Shown here in pieces: positions 25,413 through 38,393 of a stretch of DNA of 64,000 bases. Positions within the stretch are counted from its first letter, which is position 1, and every line of letters begins with the position of its first letter. Position numbers and translations under genes: made by a program. The DNA lies in assembly GCA_050575255.1 (NCBI GenBank), contig JBNZDD010013683.1, positions 4,156,991-4,220,990 of the forward strand, read 5' to 3'. Source of the stretch: Harriotta raleighana (lineage: Eukaryota). The notes beneath the pieces were generated by a model. The model searched no databases, was not told the origin of the DNA, and saw nothing but the letters and a program-made list of their open reading frames with translations.

Positions 25413-25756
25413 CTTAACAAATGTGAAGGTTTAACTATTAGACTGATGATTAAAAATCAAGGATAAATCTTGTTTTGCTTCAGCCGCGATTCCTGGGAGC
25501 ATTCAACTTATTATCTCAAAGGCATCAAGAGACAGGTGTGGGCCAACAAATCTCTGCCAATTACTACACCAGGATTGGGTCCAAGGGTGTGACAAGAAAG
25601 AGAAGCTCATATTATCTGTAATATCCCCAAGGCCATCATTAATTCCAGTGAGTACAGTAGCAACAAAAATAGTGCACCCGTCCTCTGTTCTGCAGTACCT
25701 CAGAAAGTTCTACAGTAACACCTTCATTGTTTATCGTCATTTCTCTTTCTTATTAA

Positions 25757-26090
25757 AATTCCACATGTATGCATGCGGATGACACTTAAATCTACTTTTC
25801 CACCTCAAATTGCGATCCCCAGGCCCCTGATGTTCTGTGGGCTTGTCGGTCAGACATCAAAGAGCTGGCTGAGCGCAAACTTCCGGTATTTAAACATTGA
25901 CAAGACGAAAGCCATACTCTGGCTCTCATCGACATGTTCAGTCCCACAGCTCTCGCCTCTTCCACCTACACGTACCTGACCTGCCCCTAAAATGCTCCAA
26001 ACCTGTACCCGGGCTCCGCCTTTGTGAAGCGCTCGAGAAAACATCTGGAATAGAGGGCCCTACATAAATATATGTTGTTATAGTTGTTTT
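25757..26090 (+). mobile_element. Internally deleted L2 (RT catalytic region joined to tail)
   Basis: TTCCACATGTATGCATGCGGATGACAC (FHMYADDT disrupted by a 4-bp duplication), SWLSANFRYLNIDKTKAIL, then an L2-type tail GTGAAGCGCTCGAG...TACATAAATATATGTTGTT. Confidence 0.75.
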
Positions 26091-28039
26091 ATGAAATAAA
26101 ATATCAGGTTTAATTGCTGAGTACTTAGTGATAGTCAGTCTTCAGTTAATGCACTAAATGGACCGACACAAGTTTCAAATGATATAAACACCTATTAAAT
26201 GGTACTCAGTTTTTTGACCCATTGACATCTGATAAATACTTGACATTAGCTTCTGGTCAGCTTACTTTGCTACCCAGCAGCAAAATGGATACATCCCTTG
26301 ACTATAAACTTGAATCAATTAGGAAAACAAAATGCATTTTGCAAAGTACTGTACATGATAATGATCGAATGACTTTAAAAGCATTACTTGTTTGGATTGG
26401 CTATCATATCTTCGTTCCAACGTTCCCACATTACGCTCGAGCTGTTCACTCTAACGCATGTACCTGTTACAGCAAACAAAATAATTGGGAGTTCAAGAAC
26501 CAGATCATGATGCAGGAGAAGTGCATTTCTATGGTAATACTTCCAAGTACATAATAATTTTGTGTTTTTGTGGCTTATAATTGCAAATGTGAAGTAAACA
26601 TTAATTTAATCTAAAGAGTTTTTTTTTCCCACCCTCCAATTTGCAGGAACTGTGCACCATGTTGCTACGTTTAATTGGTTTTGTGGTAATGAAGCTGTGT
26701 GAGAAAAGTCAATGGCTTGTGCAACTTCGTACTGACAAATAATATCTGTACCTGCCTGTCACAAGGCTTAGCTGCTTTCTTGTTTTTGGCATAAATGAGT
26801 AACAACCTTTACGATTTCAGAAAATTATTCTGGGACTCAGATATTCAAAGTAGAAAAAGAAATTCCAGCTTTTATATAGTATTTTTTTTTAAAAAGAAGC
26901 ATTCATGTGGCACCACCATCTCTTGCTCTCAGTGCTAAATTCTTCAAGGATGTTCCAGTACCCAGAGGTGGTTGTCACATCTTTCTCCACCTCTCTCCCT
27001 TTCACCCTATCTGCAATCTATCCCATTCACCTGAGCTACTATCTCAGTCTCATTGACACAACCATTCCTCATAGTTTCTCCCTTTTCTTAACACCAGCCT
27101 TCACTGACACCATCAATGTTAAAACAGTTATTATAATTAAAACCAAGCTTGAAAAGTGCTATAAAATTCAACCACATAAAGGTTATGAGCAACACATATC
27201 ATTAGCCCTTTCCCTCCTTCAATGCCTAGAAAGCAGAGAGCCACTTCTATTCACCCCGAGGAATGATTTAGCAACAGTATCTGAGGAATTAGCATTTTTT
27301 GAGTTAGAATGGGTTTCAGTTTCTTTGATTGACATTTCCTCAAAGTGTTTTCTTAATTCTCTCCCTCTCAAGTGAAAGCTGTGAGACTGCAGAGCGCAAT
27401 CCACCCAGAGCAAGGAATTACACAAGTTAACATACCAAAGTCTAGTGAGTTTGCATAGCTACTCAATAACACTACAAACAGCAATAAGGAAGTTGTATTG
27501 AAGAAATTGAGTCACTATCATAAGTCTCTTAAGAACAACGCAAGTTAACCAAACGATTATTTTGTTTTCTTTACCCCTACAACAGATATTGTGTTACAGA
27601 GACTTTCATATGACTCAAACGCTTGCACAAACAAAACATGTTGAGTTCCTTTTTTTTTCGTCTCTGAAGCTTGGGCCAAGTTCTCAGCAGTTACAAGGAT
27701 GAGTGTGCAGTTTTAAGAGCTTCCACAAAGATTCAATCTGAATATATACTCAACGGCAGTTTCATCTTCAAACACTGGAGTAAAAGAACTCATCAACAAG
27801 TGACCAAGGGAGTGATAAATAGTCTCAGCGCTGCACATTCCGACACATGTACTCAGTGCCAGAAGAACCAGAGTCCAAACCGAAGCCAATCCAAATCCTT
27901 CAGTTCTTGGCCAAAAGAATAAAGGATTTCCCATAGTGGGTGGTTCCTTGTGGCAATAAAGCCATCTATCCTCCCCCGTTATTCACGAGTAAAACAACAT
28001 TAATATTTGTATTTGTAGCTCTCTATAAAAAATATATAC

Positions 28040-28084
<45 letters not shown>
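28040..28084. repeat. (TG)n(TA)n microsatellite
   Basis: Directly visible. Confidence 0.95.
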
Positions 28085-28088
<4 letters not shown>

Positions 28089-30365
28089 TTTGCATTTGAC
28101 ACACAACAAAAGTGTTACAGCCTATGATCGAATGGAAACCAGGCAGGGTGGAGACTACAGGGGGTTGAGTGAAATGTTCAGCAATGTATTCCTTTGCATA
28201 AAGTGATCAAATATCATACATAAAAACAATGTATATGTGCTACTCAACAAGAGGTATTGTGATACCTCACAATACACACACTACACACACATACACATTC
28301 TCCACAGTTGCAGTGTGGGGTTCAGGGCATTTAATCTATACTCCCCACATTGAAAATAATTATTTCCAACTCAGCCATAAATCAGCAATGTCAGCAGAAA
28401 GCAGAGGGAATTAGGACTTCAGTTTGCATTAACCAGCATGTTTGTCCCATCAGAAAGAGGCAGGAAAAGAATAACACACAAACAGTGTCACACCAGGACA
28501 CTCTCACACAAGCTCTGAGCAGTTCAGCTCAAACCGCTGCACTGCCTGCCACAAGTCTAAGCGCGGATTTTACATGCTGGGTCCCAGGACGGATGATAGG
28601 AGAAGAACAAAGCTCGGAAGAGAGGGCAAGGAATGAATGAAAATTAAAGCCGGTTGAGGACACAGATTTTATTTCGAACACCGTGCCTTAAAAAATAGAA
28701 ATTTAAAAAAGCCTTGCTTCAAATGGGGGAGTGGCTGAAACAAACAGAAAAGAGTTCATTCAGATAGGCAGCTTTAAAAATGAAACACATATACACACTG
28801 CCTCACTTGTCAATTTTCTTCAAGGTACATTGTACAATTTGTGTAATACAGTCGATATGCTTCCAATGATAAAAACAGAACGGCCCACTGGAGAAAATGA
28901 GTCTCAAGGGATCAATAAATCTACCCGGCATGTCTTTCCTTTTGACATTTGCCATATTATATGTCACGACAGGGCGTTACTGCTGTTTGAATACCGACAT
29001 GTCTGTACCGCACCTTGAGATTAGGTTCAGATGCTATTCGAAACCAATTCCTTCCGCGCAGTTCAACAATTTTATTACTTAAGTCTGTGCAGTGAAATCT
29101 CTCAAAATAAGCTCATAACGGATGTAGAGCTATGGTCTCAGCAGTCCTATTTCGAGACCTTCTGAGCCTGGCTTTTGAATCATTGTTCATTTTTTAAGTC
29201 TGGAGTACGGTTCCGATGTCAAGACAGTCTGAAAGAAGGTTGAAATAAACCTCATTTATCTGAAGTCAACCATCTGCCGGCTTCGGTTGTCCCGAAATGA
29301 ATTCCCCCACAATTGAAAACTGGAGGGGAACGTTTTTTTCCCCCAGATAGCTGCTCAATCAATCAATCCTTTCCTCGTGTTCTCCCTGAATACAATACCA
29401 ACAAACAAATCGAAAGCGAGTTCGGGCTGCTCTCTCCTTTACAAACAATAACAGAAGGCTTTTACAATGAAAGGTTATGCAAATGGGATCGGAACGCTAA
29501 TTTGCAGCAAGCATGTTTCACGTAAAGCTAAATAGAAACGTGTCCCTCTGCCGTAAGATATCCACCTCTTTGTTTCACATGTGTACCCGCAAGATGATGC
29601 AGATGAGGTTTTTAGCCGACTGAAATCTTCTAAACTGCATCAGAAAAACTCCACGTATACATTGTGCCCAACGACCTGCTTTGAGCTGCAATCCGGACTG
29701 TCCAGCGCCTGGGGATGTCCTCCCAATGTGAGGGAGGAGAACGATAGAGGGGAGGGGAGAATTACATTGCCAGTGTGTGAATCAAGCTGTTTGACCAGAA
29801 TAACCGCACTGTGGGGCGCAGTGGGGAAACAGCTCGAGAACAACAACTTTGATTTACAGAGCGCACCCAAAGCCGGACAGCGTCTCAGATCGCTTCACAA
29901 TAACGGATCCCTGGGTGAGTCAGGGGGAGGGGGAGAAAGGTGACCAAAGAACAGCCACCAAAAGTGGAAAATAAAATTTACGTCCATTAAAAAAAAATTC
30001 ACGGAGAGAATACCTCAGGATCACTTCAGAATACAGTGCATCCCTCACAACAATGAGAGAGAAATACCAGTACTGGGAAGGATGCTCAGTTTGCACAAAC
30101 CAGTAGAGTTTTGCAATGTCTCCTAAATCCAGCTATTGAATTACAAGCTTGTAAACTCCCTCCTTAGCATCCATTACATCCTCACCTCTGATTATGCATT
30201 AGTCACACACTCCATATCACTCACTGCAGGCCTCCAAAATGTACAATCACAAAAATACAGTCATGAAATGCCTGTAAGATGGTTGTGCAGTAGCCAGTTC
30301 TACTTATTACAGCTCAGCAGTGACCTGGGAACAATACGCACGCATGCATGCACACACGCACAAGG

Positions 30366-30490
30366 AATAATAATAATATTAATCCTTGCATTTGATATAG
30401 CGCTTTCCAAATTCAGTATTTCCACAGAATATACTGTGAAGTGAATTGACTGTATATATGTGGGAGAAATGCGGCAGCCAATTGCACATC
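30366..30490 (-). mobile_element. SINE 3' fragment with internal deletion
   Basis: ATCCTTGCATTTGATATAGCGCTTT ... GTGAATTGACTGTATA ... GCGGCAGCCAATTGCAC. Confidence 0.85.
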
Positions 30491-31129
30491 ATCTTCCAGT
30501 GAGTGGTGTACAACATTCACTAAAGTACGGAGGAAGTTTCATAAACACAGACTCACAATATTTCTAGTTATTACAGTACTTGTATTTGTGAACAGTATAT
30601 AAACATTGTAAAGGATCAGTGGCAGTCCTTCCTACTTTATACGATCTATTTGCTTTGAAGAAAAAGTTACCCAAAACAGTAGGATTTATTGAAACCCGTG
30701 TGCAACGAACACAATATGGTTCTGTTTTGATAACTGGGGATATAATAGCAAAATGACCATGGCGACATTGGGGTGTATATTTGCACTGCACGTGTCCTTT
30801 GGCACTGTTTCAGCACTTTGATTTACTCTGGCTGTCTGCGACGAGAGAAACAGCTGCAACTTGTGGTGGGCAGATACCTCAAGGTCTTGTAACTGAACAC
30901 CTGAAATGGTGAATGGAGTTTGAATCTGCGCCAAAATGATGTAGAATTTTAAAAAGTTATAAAAATAATGTCGAAAGGTCAAACAAATTAGCAATTGAAA
31001 GAATCGAGCTACTATTATTTGATGAAATTGGCATTCACTGCATATGGATTGGGAGTAGGTACTGGAATGCAGAATGAGGAAACGTACAGTAGAATTCAGC
31101 TTTACTGACGCAGCAAGTCAGTCCTTGTA

Positions 31130-31390
31130 TCACAGGATCACAAGAGAGGTTCAAATGAAGAAGCCCCTTCTGTCCTTTTGATCCTAACCTACCAAAATAG
31201 CAATCCTATCATATCCTCATTGAAGCATCAAGACGTTTCTTCCACAAGTCCAACATCCTGCCCTCGGCCATGCTTCCCGCGGCAAGTTCCAGCTGTTGAT
31301 CATCTTCTATGTAAAGAAATACATTCAAGTGTCTACACTTATTCTTTTCAACTCATCCTGTATCCTCTACCCCCTTGGACACAGAAACAG
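31130..31390 (-). mobile_element. Degenerate CR1 ORF2 C-terminal/3' fragment
   Basis: Reverse complement near 31282-31322 reads YFFT*KMINSWNL, like the CR1 FFTQRVVNLWNSL motif. Confidence 0.55.
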
Positions 31391-33025
31391 AACTCAAATT
31401 TATTCTGGTGTTTCTGCCTTATATTCACAGTGTTAAGGCAAATTAATGGATGTCTTATACTTCAAGCTGGATTCAATGCTGGACTTAGCATGAAACAACA
31501 GCAGTCTGAAAGAAATCTGCCACGATGATGAAACTACTTTANCCTTATATTCACAGTGTTAAGGCAAATTAATGGATGTCTTATACTTCAAGCTGGATTC
31601 AATGCTGGAAACAACAGCAGTCTGAAAGAAATCTGCCACGATGATGAAACTACTTTAGCATTGGCACTGACTGCAAGAACCATATGCATAGATCATTCAA
31701 ACATTGCTGTCCACTGTTACGCTGATGGTTTTGGTAAGAGAAAACTGTGTGGCATTAAACTTTGCTGTTAGGTCTAAGTGGGTAACAGCTATTGTGGGCC
31801 TTTAATCTGAAATGCGGAGTTGTATGATAGATATTATCATTTTCTAGAAGCAAATGTGAAATAATAAATGGATAGCTCGAATAAGCACTGCAGCTAGTAA
31901 AACGCAAAGCCCCAAACAATTCAATCAGAATGCATTTTACCCTCAAGCTGAACATGAATTTCCTGCTATAAATAGTGAATGACCAAAGACTTTGAATCAA
32001 TGCAGTAATTGCAGCCTCCATCTGCTTTCACATGAGATCCATTTGTAAAGCACCAGATAGCCCCAGAACACACAGTTCAGTATTTCCGTGTTCTTGCCAT
32101 GAAGCTTTGTCAGAGAACGTACCCGCCTTCATCATGCTTGACACTCTTATCTATTCCCATGACAACTGAAATTCTCATTCTTTCTTTTGATGCTGTCAGT
32201 CCATCTTTTCTTAACTCAGTCAGAGAGACGTTTTGCATTGATGCCAGTGGCTTTGTGTTGACTAGATGATCCTTCACTGCCAAAAAATAACCAGATCACC
32301 ACAACTTACTTTCCCAAACACCCAACACGTAGAAGTTACAAGTACAGCCACACATGAATAAACTGGATCCTGTACCAACAAATACGCTGCTCAACATGTT
32401 GCATTCATGATATTTGAATACACAGATCACATTGCAATGCCTGAAATTGCTGAAATTACCTTTGCAGCTCAAACAAAAAAATGAGTCAAAGTTCACATCA
32501 CTGGAGGATGAGTCTTGCATTTGTGTCTCGCATTAATTATTTTCCATTCCCAAAGATGCACAAAAGTGTACAGCTGCCCCAGTGTGTTCAGAAATATTCA
32601 AATACATGCAGTTGTAGTTGCATGATACGTACATTATATTTGTCATTTTCTGCGATCAGATAGGTTTTGTACGGCCTGCAAATAGAGCAGGAATAATGAA
32701 TGGCCCTTACTCCTTCCATCTTCTAAGTTCTCATATTTTCACCAGCAAAAATAAGACGATAGTAACACGAATCTATCGATCACCGTTCCTGACACACAAC
32801 TGCACTGTTACAGATAAGGGTGTGGTAGGAAAAATAAAATACGTACAATATGCAAAATATGTTTAGAAAGCCTGCTCCTAGAGGGGAGTAGGCTTCCTTC
32901 TGTCAGTAAGACTGGAAACTTTGTCATCCTGAATCTCTCGGGTCCTGCTTCAATGACAGAACCAGCAATTCCATCCTCAGTCGATTGCCAATGAGCATAT
33001 GATCCCAGAAATAGATTATAATATA

Positions 33026-33347
33026 AATAATATAATAATCCTTGCATTTGATATAGCGCTTTTCACGTCTTTTAGTTGTCTCAAAGCGCTTCACAGAATA
33101 TACTGTAAAGTGAATTGACTGTATATTTGTGGCCGAAACGCGGCAGCCAATTGCACACAGCAGCGTCCCACAAACAGTCGTGGATTAAAATGAACAATTT
33201 TATTATTGTGATTTTTTTGGGGAGGGATTATTATCAGGCGTGTGGAATAAGGAAATTTACCCAAGGTTTCGCCCTGACCTGTCTGGATTCGAACACAAGT
33301 CTCACACTTGTAAGGCGAGTGCTCTAACCACTGAGCTACAGGACTCC
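33026..33347 (-). mobile_element. Full-length tRNA-derived SINE (best-preserved copy)
   Basis: Minus strand has A box TAGCTCAGTGG, B box GTTCGAATCC, and the full body and tail. Confidence 0.93.
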
Positions 33348-36249
33348 ACAATGGTATTCAGAATCCATTATTTCCTTGAAATGATAACTACCACAATGCA
33401 GTGTGTACAAGCAATCTCTTGAGAAAGATGGAAGTGGTAAGCAATAAAAATGAAAGGGAAGAAGAATCCAGGCTTGGGAATGATTCCCTGAATAAATATT
33501 TATGAAACGAGTCTTCCTAAAGACCTGAATTCTCATTTTGTAATTCCTTAGGATCCTTCTCCTCCACTCCTTAATCAATTTATTGAAGTTTGTTATGAGA
33601 GGCGTTTCATGCACTTCCACTTAGTTTAAAGAAGGGCCCACAGACAAGCTGGAGGCACCTAGACTTACTTCAGAGGTTCCCGCTGAGTAATTACCAACAA
33701 AGAATACAATTTTTTTTTATTTTCTCGTTTATCTTTGTCACAAGCTTTCTCACTATAAAACTCTTCAATGGGGGGGGGGGGAACAGATATGATTCAAGTA
33801 CAACATTCCAGTGTCCACATTCACTGATTTCCTTTTACTGTACAGAACCCCAATCTAATAATTTCAAAATGTTGTGCTTGTCAATCACTCTCACCCCAAA
33901 GGACAGAACAATTGCACAAACAAAATCAATACAACAGATCCATCCCACTATAATCAACTTCAAACCCAAATGAACTTGCTCATGAATAATTCAGTGCATT
34001 GGTCAGGGTTCCAGCTGATGACCTAAGGTTAGCAAGACTATTCCTCACTCTGAGACAAAGTGTTGCTGTTGCCTTTGCTTTAAGTTGAAGGGAAAGATGG
34101 AGGGCGCGTCTCGGATTGTGCAAAATGGTTGCAAGGTACTGTACAGTGAGCCCACGGGCACATATTTATGATGTCTGCTTTTCGGGTAAGCCCGCCGCTC
34201 TCTGAAGAATTCAATGTCAATTTAATTAAATGTCTACCCTTCACTCCAGCTGTGCTGTGGTGTTATATGCTCTGTACGGTACATGATGCGAAATGTACGT
34301 CAACAGCATTCCGCACACAGTTCAAGTCAAATCTTACAGCTGACCGATTAGGTGCCCGTACAAATGACCCTTGCCTGACCCTATTAACTGCATTCAATGT
34401 CAGTACAGTATGCGAAGCTCCCGATTCTGTTATCAGTTAATCCTCTTTAATAATCCAATCAACCTGTGCAGGCGAGGGGATTGTAAGTCATCACCTCAAC
34501 CCTTTCCTGTATTCTTCTTTCCAGAGGCTTACACCCAGATTCACCAACTCAACACACTGTGGTGCCATTCCCAAACTAGTTTCCCAACCATTCCCGGTTT
34601 TGCGCTGGATATTATCTGGAGCTTGGATTTAAACAACATTAACAAGCAACAAAATTACTCTTGTATAGATCGCGTCTTCACGTCAACAGGACGTGCCAAG
34701 ACTCTGACATAACAGAGTTGGACAAGCTGAATTAGCATGAATTAGCTCCAGATCAGCAACACACAGCTGAAGGTATTTTCTATAGGAAGTGTCTAAACCT
34801 GGTCAGGTATTTCGATTCGGTACAAAACTGCAATGCAGAGTTTTAGAAGGCACAAAGCATGTAAGAATAAATTCCCTTTTCCTTTTGAAAAAAAGATAAT
34901 TTTTTGCTCCAAGCAAGGCAGACTGTTTACTTAGAACCGAGAAACGGTATATTAAATATTGCAATTGCCTTCTGCGCATTTTATGAAAAAAAAGCCTTCA
35001 AATTTAAGTCATTCATTACAGACTATACTCCTGTATCCTGTAACTATAGCAACAAAGCTCTATTGGCCAGATTCAGCTTTTATTAAAAAGGATTAGGCAT
35101 CGTTCCCACTCTGCACACAGTAACATACAAATTATTACTTGTCTGTGTAGATCAACTTTTTTTTCTTCTAAAATCAGATCAATATCCTTCTTTGTTAAGT
35201 CAAGAATATTAATATTGTATAATCTCGGATAGAAACCAAATTTCATTGAGTGCCTAAGCCATCATTCAATAAACCACATTATTTGTAAATAGACCCAAAC
35301 AAGAAAAAACACTGCAAGACCAAGTCATACATGCAATGTCTCGTACATAAACTGCTGCTGTCCTTTTTGGTGAAAGAAGACATCCAATTACTTATCCCAA
35401 TTCTTCAGTAATTCGTCTCATAGCAAAAACTGCAAACCACCATGTCCCTTTGTGTTTATTTGGAATTTTAGATGATGTATATTTATCTTTCACATAAGCC
35501 AAATCCTTTGAGTAAATATACTGTCTGCACTCATAATATGTGAATTATCCCAATTGTGATTACAGCATTATTTTGGGATCAATTTAAAGTATATTTGGGG
35601 AAAGCTTAGTGTATGAAAATTGAGATTATCTGCTCTTTCCTCTCCAACTATTCAGACTCCTATCTGGATTCACACAGTCTTTGCTCAAAAAAGACTGCCA
35701 CCAACCTTTGAACCATATCCCAGCGAAAGTCAATGCTTTCAGGAGGAGAAAGCAAGGGGAGAAAACTATCAAGAAAAATCATGAATGCTCCATTTTCCCA
35801 AATCGTGTAACTGCTCCATTTTCACCACAATTTAGTCTAAAAATAAAGAGCCTTGCAATGACTCATTTTGCTAGAAATCGAAGTTCAAAGAGCATTTTTC
35901 AAGGAACGTACCTGTACTCACCACATCAGATCACCCTTCAGATCCTGTTTACACCACAGCTGTTTTAAGATGCAATCTATTCCATGGTTTTAGACACAAT
36001 ATGTCCCCGCAGCATTTCTGTAGTACACTTTGAACTTTCTGAAGAAATAAAGTCTGTTAATGACATAGCAGGTACCTATCACACAGTAATCAGCAAGTTT
36101 CACATTTTCAAAAGCAACAGATCACAACAGGTGCAAATTAGCACCGTAAATAGTGTTGTCTGCAATACAATCTGTATCTATGCTCCTAGTTTTATCGCAA
36201 CATCTGGATTCTTCCCACATGAAAAGGATTTTGTGCTAAAAAAAATTGT

Positions 36250-37103
36250 GTAGGTAGGGTAGTAAATAGTGAGGAGGACTGTAACCAACTGCAAGCAGAC
36301 ATACACAGAATGGTGGAATGGGCTGACATGTGGCAGATGGATTTCAATGTGGATAAGTGTGAGGTGATACACTGAGGTAGGAAAAATGATAGGAGGCAAT
36401 ATAGTCTTGGTAGCTCAATCTTAAGGGGGGTGAACGTACAGAGAGATCTGGGTGTTCAAGTAAGCGAATCATTAAAGGTAGCAGGGCAGGTAGATAAGGA
36501 GGTAAAAAAGGCATTTGGTGTACTGATCTTTATTAGTAAGGGCATAGAGTTTAAGAGTAGGGAAATTATGGTTAATTTATACAAAACACTGGTTAGNNNN
36601 NNNNNNNNNNNNNNNNNNNNNNNNNNNNNNNNNNNNNNNNNNNNNNNNNNNNNNNNNNNNNNNNNNNNNNNNNNNNNNNNNNNNNNNNNNNNNNNNNNNN
36701 NNNNNNNNNNNNNNNNNNNNNNNNNNNNNNNNNNNNNNNNNNNNNNNNNNNNNNNNNNNNNNNNNNNNNNNNNNNNNNNNNNNNNNNNNNNNNNNNNNNN
36801 NNNNNNNNNNNNNNNNNNNNNNNNNNNNNNNNNNNNNNNNNNNNNNNNNNNNNNNNNNNNNNNNNNNNNNNNNNNNNNNNNNNNNNNNNNNNNNNNNNNN
36901 NNNNNNNNNNNNNNNNNNNNNNNNNNNNNNNNNNNNNNNNNNNNNNNNNNNNNNNNNNNNNNNNNNNNNNNNNNNNNNNNNNNNNNNNNNNNNNNNNNNN
37001 NNNNNNNNNNNNNNNNNNNNNTGCTCTGTCAGAGAGTCAGCACAGACTCGATGGGCCGAATGGCCTCCTTCTGTGCCGGAACATTCTATGATTCTATGAT
37101 TCT
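36250..37103 (+). mobile_element. 5'-truncated CR1 LINE (ORF2 C-terminal part, spanning the assembly gap)
   Basis: VGRVVNSEEDCNQLQADIHRMVEWADMWQMDFNVDKCEVIH*GRKN...QRDLGVQV...IMVNLYKTLV with one in-frame stop. After the gap come ATGGGCCGAATGGCCTCCTTCTGTG and the (ATTCTATG)n CR1 tail. Confidence 0.95.
36597..37021. other. Assembly gap
   Basis: Run of N. Confidence 1.
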
Positions 37104-37614
37104 TCAGAACACTAAACGCCCACATGAATAGGGAAATGGGAACCGAGTTTAGTGTGTCTTCCAAAGGATGGAAAGCTACTAAGAAACTGCTTGTTTGCAG
37201 ATTCTCAAATGCACTCACTTTATTACTAGATTAGCAAAGTATCACAGAACATACCCTCAGTCATGATATTCAACAAGGTTTGAGTAGAGCCACTTCCCAT
37301 CGGAATATGAAAGAGTTCACAGAGATTTCAGATCTTTCCTCATTGGATAATTGGTTTATAAAGTGTGAACAGCTTTCAAGGTCATAAGGTTATTAGCATG
37401 TTCAAGGATTTGCAACCGAGCTATTTTTGAAGTGTGAGCACTTGTAACATCCTGTAACAAGACCACGAGGATGTTAAATTATACACTCTCTGTGTATCCT
37501 GACTGTCAAGTGGCCTTTTCAGGCTGGAGTATGCATGCGCACACACACACACGCATCCCGTACAATTTGTCATCAATCCAGTCCTGTTACTTGCTATAGC
37601 TACATCAGCACTCT

Positions 37615-37700
37615 CAACAACAACAACAAAATTACATTTCTACAGTGCTTTTCACGTCGGGAGGACGTCCCAAGGCACTGAGTTCAGGGGTAAGGAGGGC
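37615..37700 (-). mobile_element. L2 3' tail fragment
   Basis: (CAA)n AAATTACATTTCTACAGTGCTTTTCACGTCGGGAGGACGTCCCAAGGCACTG. Confidence 0.75.
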
Positions 37701-37942
37701 AAGGTAAGTGTAGGAAACATCCAGAGCTCATTGCGACCGTTAAAACCTTTATTGAAAAACCCAAGCGATTTTGTAAACGTAGCATTATTTGTAGATGTGT
37801 GGGATGAAGAGTTAAAAGCATGTCTGGCACTTCTCCTCCTAACAGGTTGTCTGCTTGAGATGCTGGAGGTGAAAACAAACAGTATCATCTGGCACCCTTA
37901 CTGTCAGCAGTGTTTGACTGTGTTGTTCCCGTCCTTGCTTTT

Positions 37943-38393
37943 ATAATCCTTGCTTTTGACACAGCACCTTTCACGTCAAGACAATGCCTCAAAGCGCTCC
38001 ACCAGATATATACAGCAGTACAGTATTGCACTGTAAAGTGTTCGCAACTGTGCATTTCGTAGGCGGACGCGACAGTCAATTTACACACAGCGATGTCCCG
38101 CAAGTGGTTGGCCAATTTTATTTAGGGGATTGTTTACCAGCACATCTGGAGAAATTCCATTCCATCTCTTTTGGAATAGCCGATAGTGGGATATATAACG
38201 TCCACCTGACCAGGCGGACGGCAATTTAGTCTAAAATTTTATCTGAAGGACGGGACCCCTCACAACGCAGGGTACCACCAGCGATGCACTGAAGTGTCAA
38301 CCAAGACTTGCCAAGTCCTGACATGGAGCTTGAGGAAGCCAGCTCTCTGATTCGAAGGTGATAGTGCTACCAACCGAGCTAAGCCTGACACCC
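37943..38393 (-). mobile_element. Near full-length old DeuSINE (SacSINE1-like) with tRNA head
   Basis: Minus strand starts GGGTGTCAGGCTTAGCTCGGTTGGTAGCACTATCACC, has a Deu domain (CAGATAAAATTTTAGAC...TCAGGTGGACGTTATATATCCCAC...CTATTCCAAAAGAG) and an L2-type tail. Confidence 0.8.

Noticed and set aside
26905-27375. 156-aa plus-strand ORF
   Set aside because: Overlaps a pyrimidine-rich, probably L2-derived relic; no recognisable domain.
36430-37218. Longest ORFs in the track (233 aa and 213 aa)
   Set aside because: Their length comes from the N gap. The real part is a CR1 ORF2 relic with an upstream in-frame stop.
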